Made by a program: the position numbers and the translations under genes. The notes under the pieces are model-generated. The model saw only the letters and a list, made by a program, of their open reading frames with translations. It was not told the origin of the DNA and did not search any database. 64,000 bases of DNA from an uncultured bacterium (GTDB lineage Bacteria > Margulisbacteria > WOR-1 > CAVSGV01), in contig CAVSGV010000006.1 of assembly GCA_963727815.1 (NCBI GenBank), forward strand, positions 170,956 to 234,955, given 5' to 3'. Numbering within the stretch: the stretch's first letter is position 1; the number at the start of each line of letters is the position of its first letter. Positions 28,669-38,012 of the stretch are shown piece after piece.

Positions 28669-29696
28669 TGAATAAAAGATTATCTTTTCTGGACCGGTAT
28701 CTGACGCTTTGGATATTTCTTGCGATGGCGGCGGGAGTTATTTGCGGGCGGATTGTCCCCTCGATTACGTCGTTCATTTCAAAGTTCCAGATCGGGACCA
28801 CATCGATACCTATCGCTATCGGCTTGATACTCATGATGTATCCTCCCCTCGCAAAGGTGAAATACGAAGAGCTGAAGGACGTTTTTGCTGATACTAAAGT
28901 ACTTCTTCTCTCGCTTGTCCAGAATTGGGTCATAGGCCCGCTACTGATGTTCCTTCTGGCGATAACTTTTCTAAGGGACCGCCCCGAATACATGGTCGGC
29001 CTTATATTGATAGGATTGGCGCGCTGCATAGCCATGGTGATCGTCTGGAACGATCTTGCAGAAGGCGACAACGATTACGCCGCCGGCCTCGTGGCGTTCA
29101 ACAGCATTTTTCAGGTTCTCTTCTACAGCATTTATGCCTGGATATTCATCACGTTCCTTCCGGCATTTTTCGGCCTTAAGGGATATTTCGTCAATATTTC
29201 GATAACCGAGGTCGCCAAAAGCGTTTTCATATATCTGGGCATTCCTTTCATTGCCGGATTTTTGACAAGGTATTATTTAATGTCCCGCAAGGGACCGGCC
29301 TGGTACAACCGTAAATTCATCCCGAAGATAAGCCCGTTAACTCTTATCGCGCTCTTATTCACGATATTTGTGATGTTCAGCCTGAAAGGGGATTTGATAG
29401 TCGGGATCCCGATGGATGTCGTGCGAATAGCCGTCCCGCTGGTGATATATTTTATCTTGATGTTCTTTGTCAGCTTTTATCTTAGCCGCGCATTCGGCGC
29501 AAGCCGGAAGAAGACCACGACGCTTTCCTTTACCGCCGCCAGCAATAACTTTGAACTCGCGATCGCCGTGGCCGTGGCGGTGTTCGGCATAAATTCCGGC
29601 GTCGCTTTCGCCGCAGTCATCGGTCCGCTCATCGAAGTTCCCGTCATGATAGGATTGGTCAATGTTGTAAGGTATAACAAAATGAAGGGGGTATAA
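28668..29696 (+). CDS. arsB: arsenite efflux transporter ACR3
   Basis: [20 protein letters not shown]...IGPLLM... matches ACR3 family topology. The start was chosen at MNKRL (28668); the long ORF begins at 28605. Confidence 0.85.
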   Translation: MNKRLSFLDRYLTLWIFLAMAAGVICGRIVPSITSFISKFQIGTTSIPIAIGLILMMYPPLAKVKYEELKDVFADTKVLLLSLVQNWVIGPLLMFLLAITFLRDRPEYMVGLILIGLARCIAMVIVWNDLAEGDNDYAAGLVAFNSIFQVLFYSIYAWIFITFLPAFFGLKGYFVNISITEVAKSVFIYLGIPFIAGFLTRYYLMSRKGPAWYNRKFIPKISPLTLIALLFTIFVMFSLKGDLIVGIPMDVVRIAVPLVIYFILMFFVSFYLSRAFGASRKKTTTLSFTAASNNFELAIAVAVAVFGINSGVAFAAVIGPLIEVPVMIGLVNVVRYNKMKGV

Positions 29697-29698
29697 TA

Positions 29699-30133
29699 AT
29701 GAACATGAAGAACCTGATAATTCTGCTTCTGATAATTTTGGTCGTCTACTTATTTCTGGATAAACATAACCAGATCGCTCCGATGAAGGACCGGCTGACC
29801 GGCACGGTACAAAGCATCACCGGCCAGGAGAACTCCGACATGACCCTGGAACAAGCCCTCGCGTCGGGAAAACCTGTCATCGCGAAGCTCGGCGCTTCAT
29901 GGTGTCCGCCTTGCAGACAAATGGCGCCGATAATCGAAGAGCTTAAAAGTGAATTGGCCGGCAGGGCGATCGTATTGGATATAGACATAGAAAAGCGCCA
30001 GGACCTGGCCTCCAAATACAACGCTCGTTACATACCGCTTACGCTTTTCTTTGACAGCAGCGGCCGGTTCATCACAAGCCAGGTGGGTTTCATGACAAAA
30101 CAGCAGGTCCTCGACAAGTTCAATTCAATGTAG
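29699..30133 (+). CDS. membrane-anchored thioredoxin-like protein
   Basis: N-terminal TM and a WCPPC active site. Confidence 0.8.
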   Translation: MNMKNLIILLLIILVVYLFLDKHNQIAPMKDRLTGTVQSITGQENSDMTLEQALASGKPVIAKLGASWCPPCRQMAPIIEELKSELAGRAIVLDIDIEKRQDLASKYNARYIPLTLFFDSSGRFITSQVGFMTKQQVLDKFNSM

Positions 30134-30171
30134 CTAAAGAAGGTATAAGGCTGCGTAAAATATAGTGTATA

Positions 30172-30600
30172 ATGACATCTGAAATGAAAAAACTCGTTTA
30201 TGTTCTCTTGGTCGCCGTCCTACTCGCAGGCTGTTCTTCTCCCGCGAAGAAAGGATCGGAAAAAATAATCCCCGAGAAAAAAATCTTCGGACCGCACAAT
30301 AACTATAAGACCCTTGAGGATGCGCTGAAGTCCGGGCTCCCGGTCGTGGCGGAAATGGTCCAAAAGAATGACGAGCCAAGCCGGATGATGGGCATCATCT
30401 TAAAACAGGTCGAGGAAGAAAATCCCGGCACCGTGGTGATGATCCAGGTGGACGTAGTTAAGAGACCCGATCTCGTGAGGATGTTCACCATAAGATATCT
30501 GCCAACGATGCTTTTCTATGACAGTAACGGCGTTTACAGGTTCAGGCACGACGGTTTCATGACAAAACAGAGGATCGTCGATTATATTAACAAGAAGTAA
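30172..30600 (+). CDS. thioredoxin-fold lipoprotein paralog lacking CxxC active site
   Basis: Lipobox LLAGCSS. It aligns to the upstream Trx (...VDVVKRPDLVRMF.IRYLPTMLFYDSNG...GFMTKQ) but has no Cys pair. Confidence 0.6.
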   Translation: MTSEMKKLVYVLLVAVLLAGCSSPAKKGSEKIIPEKKIFGPHNNYKTLEDALKSGLPVVAEMVQKNDEPSRMMGIILKQVEEENPGTVVMIQVDVVKRPDLVRMFTIRYLPTMLFYDSNGVYRFRHDGFMTKQRIVDYINKK

Positions 30601-30624
30601 AGAAGAGTAATGTATCGTCGGGTC

Positions 30625-30714
30625 TCCGTACCCGACGCTGGCTCCGTACCCGACGCTGGCTCCGTACCCGACGCTGGCTCCGTACCCGACGCTGGCTCCG
30701 TACCCGACATTGTC
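30625..30714. repeat. 18-bp minisatellite (TCCGTACCCGACGCTGGC)x4 plus one degenerate copy, intergenic
   Basis: Four perfect head-to-tail copies and a fifth diverged copy. A hairpin cgtcgggt-ctccgt-acccgacg sits at the 5' edge. Confidence 0.9.
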
Positions 30715-30730
30715 CCTGCACCCGCCATGC

Positions 30731-31297
30731 TTATATTGGAGGATCAACTAATCCGCAGAATTCATAACCATCATACGAATCAACAAGCCCTTTTTTGACC
30801 GGATTATTCAGTATGTAATTTGTGGTATTGGAAATCTCTTTATGTTCCCTGACAACGTGTTCATAATAACCCCTTTGCCAAAGTTTTTCTCTAACGCCAA
30901 ATTGTTTTGATTGATAAGTAGTGAATTTCTTAAGATCTCTGACCATATCCCTTAGATCGCCGGCTGATTCTTCCGCCTGGATCAATAGGTGAATATGGTC
31001 GGGCATTACGCAAAAAGCGATCAATCGATATCTGAATAATTTTGCATAGATCTTGATATTATTTATAACCATTCTACTGATCGATCCACATTTAAAATAC
31101 CGGGCCCTTTTATATGTATTGAACGTTACGTGATACATGGCATAAGGTTGAGAATAATCGAAATCTTTAAGTCGCAAAGACCTATTCTTCCCATATGTTT
31201 TATATTTATTGTGTCCGATATGGGTATCGGAAAAACGTCCGATACGGAGATCGGACGGCACATTTAAGTCGGGTCTGTTTTCTTTTCCAGTTTTCAC
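30731..31297 (-). CDS. REP-associated tyrosine transposase (RAYT, IS200-like Y1 HUH family)
   Basis: DFDYSQPYAMYHVTF...MPDHIHLLI (HUH)...LWQRGYYEHVVR (catalytic Tyr)...NYILNNPVKKGLV. The start is uncertain (31297 or 31138). Confidence 0.75.
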   Translation of the reverse strand: MKTGKENRPDLNVPSDLRIGRFSDTHIGHNKYKTYGKNRSLRLKDFDYSQPYAMYHVTFNTYKRARYFKCGSISRMVINNIKIYAKLFRYRLIAFCVMPDHIHLLIQAEESAGDLRDMVRDLKKFTTYQSKQFGVREKLWQRGYYEHVVREHKEISNTTNYILNNPVKKGLVDSYDGYEFCGLVDPPI

Positions 31298-31304
31298 TCT
31301 TTCC

Positions 31305-32347
31305 CTATTTCATTATGTGCGGCGTTATCAGGAAGATCACGTCTGTCTTTGTTTTCTCGATCTCCCGGTGTTGGAACAACCATCCGATAAAAGGCATATC
31401 AGATAAGAATGGGATACCCGATACGTTCTCGCGGTCTGATTCGTTTATCAGCCCGCCAATGACAAGCGTTTCGCCGTCCTTCAATCTTACCGTCACCGAC
31501 GCGTTGCGCGTTGATATTACCGGGAACTCGCCGGCGGCGGTAGTTCTCCATTCCGAAATGTTGCTTACCTCCGGTATAATCGTGGAGACTATCGTGCCGT
31601 CCCCCGCGACGCTCGGCAATATTTTGAGATTTACTCCGGCGTCGATGTACTGCACGGTCCACTGGGCATAAGTTGATGAGTAAGCGGATGGGACCGCGTA
31701 GGGGACGCGGCTGCCGATGTTTATCTCCGCTTCCTTCCGGTCAAGCGCCGTTATCTTCGGGTTCGCTATCAGTTTCGCTTTTCCCGACGCGATCAATGCA
31801 TCAAGTTCGCCCGCGACATTGTCGGTCTGCGATATTCCACCCGTACTCTTGTCCACGGAGAATTTAAAACTCCCCTGCTGATCTCCCCACACTATACCGA
31901 TGTCGGAAAGTCCGCTCTGCGAGACCTCCACCACCTTTCCCTCGATAAGTATCTGCGGCACTTTTTTATCCAGGGAGTCGAGAAGCCGCGCCGCGTCGTT
32001 CACGTCCGGCGCTTCCCCGCGGAGGATTATGGAGTTCGAATCGTCGTTCTTTACGACGATGAGGTTCGGAATGACCCTTGATATCGTCTCAACCGCTTTG
32101 TCGATGGAGATATATTTGATGCGGACTATTTTCGATCTCATCTCCGGGCTTTTTGCCCTGCCCTGGAAGTTTTCGTATGTCCCGACTATCTCCCTTTGCG
32201 GTGGAGGCGCGTCATCGGCTTCGCCGCTCATCGTGTAGATGGTCACGGCGTTCACAGGAATAGGAAGAGTAAGTAATAGGATGAGAAGGAAGCCTGCGAC
32301 TAAACGTCGCGGCTTCCAGTTCGGGTTTGACCTTTTATCAACTCCAT
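31305..32347 (-). CDS. secretin (GspD/PilQ family)
   Basis: Secretin C-domain: ANPKITALDRKEAEINIGSRVPY...VISTRNASVTVRLKDGETLVIGGLI...IPFLSDMPFIGWLF. In the raw sequence it is fused in-frame to the upstream IS200 tnpA (ORF 31305-32759). The ATG at 32347 with one extra A in the A4 run at about 32331 gives MELIKRSNPNWKPRRLVAGFLLILLLTLPIPVNA. Confidence 0.75.
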
Positions 32348-32752
32348 CGATTTTCTGGTGATCAATATAATTGACAACGTTCAAGAGGTGATCTTGGTCT
32401 TTTATCGTTTTCGCCCTGTATCCTCTGCTCCACAGCTTTCTAAAAAGCGATCTGTCGGAAGGGTGTTTTCTAAACAATCTGCAGGCACTCGATCCTTTAA
32501 TAACCTTCATCACATATTCATTGGAATCATTATCATTCTTTTTAAGCAAAAGATGAACGTGATCTAATAGGATGCTATGGCTGACAACCTCCAAGCCTCT
32601 GTTCGCACAGATATCAATAAGAATAGATTCAAGGTCTTTGCCGATTTGCGGCGTCAAGATCATCTTGCGTTTATAAGTGCTAAAGACATAATGAACAAAT
32701 TTTGACATATTGTTTCCTTTAGGAAACCGCGACGATACTGTCGCAGGTTTCC
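32288..32752 (-). mobile_element. minimal IS200/IS605-like element: REP hairpin (32288-32317) - tnpA - REP hairpin (32722-32752)
   Basis: The same two hairpins that form the tnpA-less doublet at 9245-9319 bracket a Y1 transposase gene here. Confidence 0.65.
32330..32708 (-). CDS. tnpA: IS200-like Y1 transposase TnpA
   Basis: MSKFVHYVFSTYKRKMIL...LDHVHLLL (HUH)...LWSRGYRAKTI (Tyr)...VNYIDHQ. An AAAGGAA ribosome-binding site precedes the ATG at 32708. The 3' end is uncertain because no stop occurs before the secretin in this frame. Confidence 0.75.
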
Positions 32753-32854
32753 TAAGCATGGCTTATAGCAATTATCATGCCGCGGGATCATTGAGAGGAA
32801 GGCGCCGGGGGAACGTTGATGTTCGCTACGTTTGCCGTCGTATCTGACTACAAG

Positions 32855-34459
32855 TTACAATTTTTTATTCGAAAGCAGGACAAGGTCTCCCGCTTTGTAG
32901 ACAAGGAAAAGCGACCTGTTTACTTCCTGGCCAAAACTCCTGAAATCCTTTTCCGTGGTGATAAGAAGGAATTTGTCCGGCGTTTTTACTTTTTTGCGCA
33001 GTTCGAATATGTCCTTCACCCATATCACGGGCTTGTCCAGGTAATACTGGAAACTCCCTTTGTTCAGGATGTCGTAACCCATTATTATTTCGCCGCCCAG
33101 GTATTGCGAATTGATCTGCTGTGATATCGCCTTCATCGGCTTGAAATCGTCCAGCGTTATCATCGTGTTGCTAGAAGTATAAAGTGAGACGAGCACCATG
33201 GCCGCCACGAGAACGACCAGCGGCTTCACAGAAAATCTCTCCCGGAAAAACATGATGGATGCGATGATCCCCGCTGCACCTATTATGAAAAGCGTGACGT
33301 TTATGTTCATGATGATCTTATCGTACATGTCCGGGAATTCGAATATCCTCAAAAGGACCGCGATGACGACAAGACCGGTAGAATATACCGCGAGTGTCTT
33401 GTATGCCCTGGCCACAAGGACTTCAAGGCCGGAATCCTCGCCGGAGAAGAAGTCCTGCATCATTTTCGCAACTGATATCGCCGCGATGGGATAGAGCGGC
33501 ATGACGTAGCCGGGAAGCTTTGTTCCTGCTATCGTGAAGAAAAGGAAGACTATGCCCATCCACATGACGCTGAAGAGATTGTCGCCGTCGCCTTTTCTGG
33601 ACCACTGGTAAGTGATGGAAAAAGGAAGGAACGATATCCAGGGAAGAAAACCGACGAGCAGGACCGGCACGTAGAAATACCACGGCCCGTAATGCTGCTC
33701 TATTGATGTAAGATATCTTCCTATCATGTAGAAGCCGAACACGCTGTCCGTGAAGGCTTTCCCATGGATCAGCGTTTCGGCGGTATACCACGTTCCTCCG
33801 AAAAGATAGGCAATGATCAATCCGGGGACCAGCTTAAGATTGAACAGGTCCCTCAGCGCGCCCGTTGACGCGAGGAACGGGATGATGACCAGCAGCGGAA
33901 GTAGGATGCCGATGGGTCCTTTCATGAGAACGGCAAGACCCATCGCCAGGAAGAAAAGATAATAATATCCGGGCTTCCTGTCCTCCGCCCAGTAAAAAAA
34001 GAAAAGCAGAGCGAGCATCTCGAAAAATACCAGCGGTATGTCGAAGATGGCGAAGTGTGACTGGAGCATGTACTGCAGGCTTGTGGCCAGTATGAATCCG
34101 GCAAGAAGGCCAACTCCATCCTTGAACATCTTCCTGCCGAGAAGATAAGTGACATACACAAGACCAACGGCGAAGAGCGCGTTCCAGAACCTGGTGTTGA
34201 ACTCGCTCATGCCGAAAATGTAAGAGCTGCATGCCGTAAGCCACATGTAGAAGGGCGGATGGATGAACCAGTTCTTTGAGAACAGATGCAGGGTTATCCA
34301 ATCGCCAGTTCTTATTATCTCCCTCGCCACCTGCGAATATATGACCTCGTCTGTCTCGAAAAGCGAGGCGGCGCCCAGCTTATAGAAGAACATCACAAAG
34401 GAAATTATGATGAGCAGCGCTAGCGGAGCCTTGTCTTTCTTAAGTATGTTCCAGTCCAT
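32855..34459 (-). CDS. GT39 family glycosyltransferase (ArnT/PMT-like, undecaprenyl-phosphate sugar transferase)
   Basis: 534 aa with 12 or more TM segments and a DE..YSQ-type N-terminal loop (FETDEVIYSQVAREI), typical of ArnT-like enzymes. Confidence 0.8.
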   Translation of the reverse strand: MDWNILKKDKAPLALLIIISFVMFFYKLGAASLFETDEVIYSQVAREIIRTGDWITLHLFSKNWFIHPPFYMWLTACSSYIFGMSEFNTRFWNALFAVGLVYVTYLLGRKMFKDGVGLLAGFILATSLQYMLQSHFAIFDIPLVFFEMLALLFFFYWAEDRKPGYYYLFFLAMGLAVLMKGPIGILLPLLVIIPFLASTGALRDLFNLKLVPGLIIAYLFGGTWYTAETLIHGKAFTDSVFGFYMIGRYLTSIEQHYGPWYFYVPVLLVGFLPWISFLPFSITYQWSRKGDGDNLFSVMWMGIVFLFFTIAGTKLPGYVMPLYPIAAISVAKMMQDFFSGEDSGLEVLVARAYKTLAVYSTGLVVIAVLLRIFEFPDMYDKIIMNINVTLFIIGAAGIIASIMFFRERFSVKPLVVLVAAMVLVSLYTSSNTMITLDDFKPMKAISQQINSQYLGGEIIMGYDILNKGSFQYYLDKPVIWVKDIFELRKKVKTPDKFLLITTEKDFRSFGQEVNRSLFLVYKAGDLVLLSNKKL

Positions 34460-34796
34460 AACCTTCCTCCTTCAATCTGGTCCTCATCCTTTTACCGAAA
34501 AATGATAGGTCCGCTCTGCCCTCCAGAAGTTTCAGCACTTCCGCGAGGATCTTTTTCGCGGTCTTTGAATTCTCATGCCTCAACGTGTCGATCTCTCCGC
34601 CGAAATACTCGTCCGCGGAGAACTCCAGCTCATCGCCCTCTCTCAGTTTCTCGTCCTTCTGGGCAAAAGGCGTCAGCTGGTTCACTATCATTCTTTTCTG
34701 TTCCGCGGCCCAGCCTAGCTTGTTAAGATATCCCGAGAATATCCTTTTCGCTTCCGCCGAGGGATCCAGCTCCTGTTCTTCTTCCTCAGCCATTTT
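34440..34796 (-). CDS. hypothetical acidic protein, ~118 aa
   Basis: MAEEEEQELDPS... The start overlaps the pyrC stop. Function unknown. Confidence 0.4.
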   Translation of the reverse strand, partial: KMAEEEEQELDPSAEAKRIFSGYLNKLGWAAEQKRMIVNQLTPFAQKDEKLREGDELEFSADEYFGGEIDTLRHENSKTAKKILAEVLKLLEGRADLSFFGKRMRTRLKEEGYGLEHT

Positions 34797-36166
34797 TACC
34801 TGCCCGCCTCCGGCGGGTTTATGTTCATGAATTTCGGGAGAGGACCTGGAGCGCTGACTTTCAGGGGTTTTCCTTCCCTCATCACGATTTTTCCCCCGAC
34901 GATGGTGGCAACGGCTTTTCCTTTCAGCTTCCATCCATCATAAGGCGAGTTCTTGCTTTTCGATTGGAACGATTTGATGTCTACCGTGTAAGGTTTCTTC
35001 AGGTCGATGATCGTGGCATCTCCGGAGTATCCAACTTTGAAAGTGCCTGATCTTTTGCCGAGTATCTGCGCGGGGTTCGACGTGATCTTTTCGATAGCTT
35101 TTGTGAGAGTAAGGACCCCTGTATCAACAAGTTCGGTAAGTATCAGCGGCAGAGCCGTTTCAAATCCAACGATGCCGAACGCCGCATCCTTGAATTCCAC
35201 TCTTTTCTCGTCGATGAGATGCGGCGCGTGGTCCGTCGCTATCACATCGATGGTGCCATCCTTCAGCCCCTTCACGATGGCTTTTACGTCCGCTTCCGTT
35301 CTCAGCGGCGGGTTCATCTTCGCGTTGGTGTTGTATCCTTCAACTTCGCCCTCCGTGAGAGTGAAGTAATGAGGTGCTGTCTCGCAGGTCACTTTTACTC
35401 CGTCCGCTTTTGCTTTCCGGATGATATCGACCGATCCGGCGGTCGAGACGTGGGCTATGTGTATCCTCGCGTCGAATTCTTTCGCAAGCATGCAATCGCG
35501 CTCTATCATCGTCTCCTCGGATGCCTTGGGAATACCTTTTAAGCCGAGCATTGTGGAAAGAGCTCCCTCGTTCATTGATCCGCCCGATGCCAGGTTCGCG
35601 TCCTCACAGTGGGATATGACGATCGCCTTGAACTGCTTGGCATACTCCAGCACGCGTCTCATCACTTCTGAATTCATGATGGGCTTTCCGTCGTCGGAGA
35701 ATCCCGCGGCTCCTGTTTCAAGAAGAAGCCCCATCTCCGATATCTCTTCGCCTTTGAGCCCTTTCGTCGCCGCAGCGATGGGAAGAACGTTGACTATGCC
35801 TTCTGTCGCGGCTTTGGATATTATGTATTCGATGACGGAGGGGGAATCCGCAACCGGTGATGTGTTCGCCATGCAGACAACGGTCGTGTATCCTCCCGCA
35901 GCCGCCGACATCGTTCCCGATGCGATAGTTTCTTCTTCGGCGATCCCCGGATCGCGCAGGTGGCAGTGCATGTCAATGAGGCCGGGCGTAACGATGAGGC
36001 CTTTCGCGTCAAAAACTTCGCAGTCTTTGGGCAGGCTCTTTGCGGTCGCTGTTGATGCCGATATCGATGAAATTTTCCCGTCGATAATGAGGACGTCGGC
36101 TTCGCGGTCCATTCCCTGTCCGGGATCAATGATCCTTCCGTTCCTGATCAAGATCGAGTCTGTCAT
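34796..36166 (-). CDS. pyrC: dihydroorotase (multimeric type)
   Basis: GLIDMHCHLRDPG...HIAHVS...DHAPH metal-binding motifs. Confidence 0.9.
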   Translation of the reverse strand: MTDSILIRNGRIIDPGQGMDREADVLIIDGKISSISASTATAKSLPKDCEVFDAKGLIVTPGLIDMHCHLRDPGIAEEETIASGTMSAAAGGYTTVVCMANTSPVADSPSVIEYIISKAATEGIVNVLPIAAATKGLKGEEISEMGLLLETGAAGFSDDGKPIMNSEVMRRVLEYAKQFKAIVISHCEDANLASGGSMNEGALSTMLGLKGIPKASEETMIERDCMLAKEFDARIHIAHVSTAGSVDIIRKAKADGVKVTCETAPHYFTLTEGEVEGYNTNAKMNPPLRTEADVKAIVKGLKDGTIDVIATDHAPHLIDEKRVEFKDAAFGIVGFETALPLILTELVDTGVLTLTKAIEKITSNPAQILGKRSGTFKVGYSGDATIIDLKKPYTVDIKSFQSKSKNSPYDGWKLKGKAVATIVGGKIVMREGKPLKVSAPGPLPKFMNINPPEAGR

Positions 36167-36957
36167 TTTGGTTTTACCTGCCTGCCGGCAGGCATGGCTA
36201 TCCGCTTCTTGAAGTTCGAGATGAAATTACGGACCTTGCCGTTGTTCTGCGGCCTTGTTAGTTTTGCCAGCGCGACCTTTGCCGCCGCCTGCTCCGCCTC
36301 TTTCTTGTTCACTCCCCTGCCCACTCCGTAGTCCTGCCCGCGTATCTTCACTTCGATCCAGAATATCTTCTTATGTTTTAATCCCGCTTCTTTCACGACG
36401 CTGTAGTAAGGCAATCCCCATTTTTTCTTCTGCACGAATTCCTGGAGAGCGGACTTGAAATCCTTAATGTATCCCTCGCTACTTATCTTTTCTATGTCCT
36501 CGGACAGCATGACCAGAAGCACGTCCCTCGCTTTGCCCAGGCCGCCATCCAGATATATGGCTCCAATGAGGGCTTCGATGGAGTTCGCAAGGTTCGATTT
36601 TCTTTCTATCCCGCCGGTGCGCCGCTCATTTGAGCCGAGCAGAAGGAACGTGCCGATCTTCAGTTTCTTTCCGATAATGGCCAGCATCTCGTCGGATATG
36701 GCCACCGCCCTTATCTTGGTAAGGTCTCCTTCGGCGCGGTTCGGGAATTTGTTGTAGAGGTATTCGCTTATCACGAGTTTTATGACGGCATCGCCCAGGA
36801 ATTCCAGTCTTTCGTTGTCATAAACTTTTTCTTTTGATTCGTGGGCATAAGAGCTGTGGGTAAGCGACTGGCTTAATAACGACTTGTTGAGGAATTGTAT
36901 CCCGAGTTTTGTCTCTAATTCTTCAAGTTGCTTTTCACGTTTGGAAGTGAGCATTTG
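36163..36957 (-). CDS. rnc: ribonuclease III
   Basis: ERLEFLGDAV signature and a C-terminal dsRBD. The start was taken at MLTSKRE; the long ORF extends to 37044 through non-coding repeat DNA. Confidence 0.9.
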   Translation of the reverse strand, partial: QMLTSKREKQLEELETKLGIQFLNKSLLSQSLTHSSYAHESKEKVYDNERLEFLGDAVIKLVISEYLYNKFPNRAEGDLTKIRAVAISDEMLAIIGKKLKIGTFLLLGSNERRTGGIERKSNLANSIEALIGAIYLDGGLGKARDVLLVMLSEDIEKISSEGYIKDFKSALQEFVQKKKWGLPYYSVVKEAGLKHKKIFWIEVKIRGQDYGVGRGVNKKEAEQAAAKVALAKLTRPQNNGKVRNFISNFKKRIAMPAGRQVKPK

Positions 36958-37013
36958 ACAATGCATTCTACAATGACTAAAATAGAATCGCAACCGGAAC
37001 CTAGTGATCCTGT

Positions 37014-37075
37014 CGTCACCCTGAACGTAGTGAAGGGTCTGCATTTGAGATGCTTCGCTTCGCTCAGCATGACAA
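37014..37075. repeat. palindromic MITE-like element copy 2 (shortened)
   Basis: gtcaccctgaacgtagtgaagggtctgc...gcttcgcttcgctcagcatgacaa lies in the divergent rnc / hypothetical-gene promoter region. Confidence 0.55.
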
Positions 37076-37088
37076 CAAAGGAGTAATA

Positions 37089-38006
37089 ATGGGAATCATA
37101 TCTCCAATAATGAGTTTCATCGTTGACCGGGAACCAAATTACCCGTCACCGTCGGAAAAAATAAAGCTTAATAAGGTCATCGGCCGGTACAGGCTGCTTC
37201 TTCGCACCATAGCATGGCGCTATGACGTGGGCGAAATAAAGTTCGGCCTCGCGGACCTTCTTGTGGGAAGGAACGAGGAAGGCGACTACAAGGACGCGAT
37301 GAAGCTGTACAATGACATATTGAAAGGGATCGCTTCTCCCTATCTTCGCGGAAGGTCGCTCGCCGGCAAGGCGGAGCTGATGATAACCAGCGAGAACCCG
37401 GCCGAGATAAGAGAAGCCATCGAGCTTGCAAAATCCGCTTCCGTTCTCATCGTGAAGGAAATAGGAGTGAATGATTTCTTTTATCAGAAGGCGGTGGTCG
37501 TTGAGGCGGAGCTTCTGGCGAAAGTGGGCGGCGCAACTAACATAAAGGCCGCGTCAAAACTTTATGATCAGGTCATCAAGAACGAAAAATCGAACGGTTA
37601 CTTTAAAGCAAGGGCCATGGTCGGCGCCGCCGAAATGAAGACATATTCCGCGCCCGTGAAAGAACTGAAAAAATACTCCGAATACTGCCACGACGCGCAG
37701 GTCCTTCTCGCCGAGCGTCCCAGCGACTTCTTCATGATAAAGGCGAGGGTGGTGGAGGCCGAGGTCCTGACCAGGATAGACGCGAAAAAGAACGTCAACA
37801 AGATAATCTCGCTCTGCAACCAGGTGATATCCGCGAGATCGGCCGACGAGCAGCTTGTCCTGCGTGCGAAGCTCGACAAAGCCGACGTATCAAAGAAGGA
37901 CAACGCCCTTAAGCTGATCAAAGACGTGAGGGCGACGAAAGGCCTTCCGGCCTATCTCGCTGAAAAAGCGAAGATGGTGGAAGCGGACGTCAAGAAAAGG
38001 TCATAA
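37089..38006 (+). CDS. hypothetical protein with internal ~45-aa alpha-helical repeats
   Basis: Repeats FFYQKAVVVEAELLAKVGG... / FFMIKARVVEAEVLTRIDAKK... / YLAEKAKMVEADVKK. No known family. Confidence 0.5.
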   Translation: MGIISPIMSFIVDREPNYPSPSEKIKLNKVIGRYRLLLRTIAWRYDVGEIKFGLADLLVGRNEEGDYKDAMKLYNDILKGIASPYLRGRSLAGKAELMITSENPAEIREAIELAKSASVLIVKEIGVNDFFYQKAVVVEAELLAKVGGATNIKAASKLYDQVIKNEKSNGYFKARAMVGAAEMKTYSAPVKELKKYSEYCHDAQVLLAERPSDFFMIKARVVEAEVLTRIDAKKNVNKIISLCNQVISARSADEQLVLRAKLDKADVSKKDNALKLIKDVRATKGLPAYLAEKAKMVEADVKKRS

Positions 38007-38012
38007 TAATCG

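Noticed and set aside
30625-30714. 18-bp repeat array as a CRISPR locus
   Set aside because: The units are contiguous with no spacers, and 18 bp is too short for a CRISPR repeat.
30400-30798. ORFs 30610-30798 (+) and 30400-30747 (-) encoding VPDAGS / GYGASV peptide repeats
   Set aside because: They are artefacts of translating the 18-bp intergenic minisatellite. They have no ribosome-binding site and no support beyond the repeat itself.
31305-32759. Reading the 484-aa ORF as a genuine functional transposase-secretin fusion protein
   Set aside because: A 1-nt change in an A4 run gives the secretin its own ATG and a canonical signal peptide. Several other genes in the window show the same homopolymer frameshift pattern.
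36958-37044. N-terminal 29-aa extension of the RNase III ORF (start at 37044)
   Set aside because: The extension runs through the palindromic repeat element and lacks conservation. The start at MLTSKRE fits RNase III.
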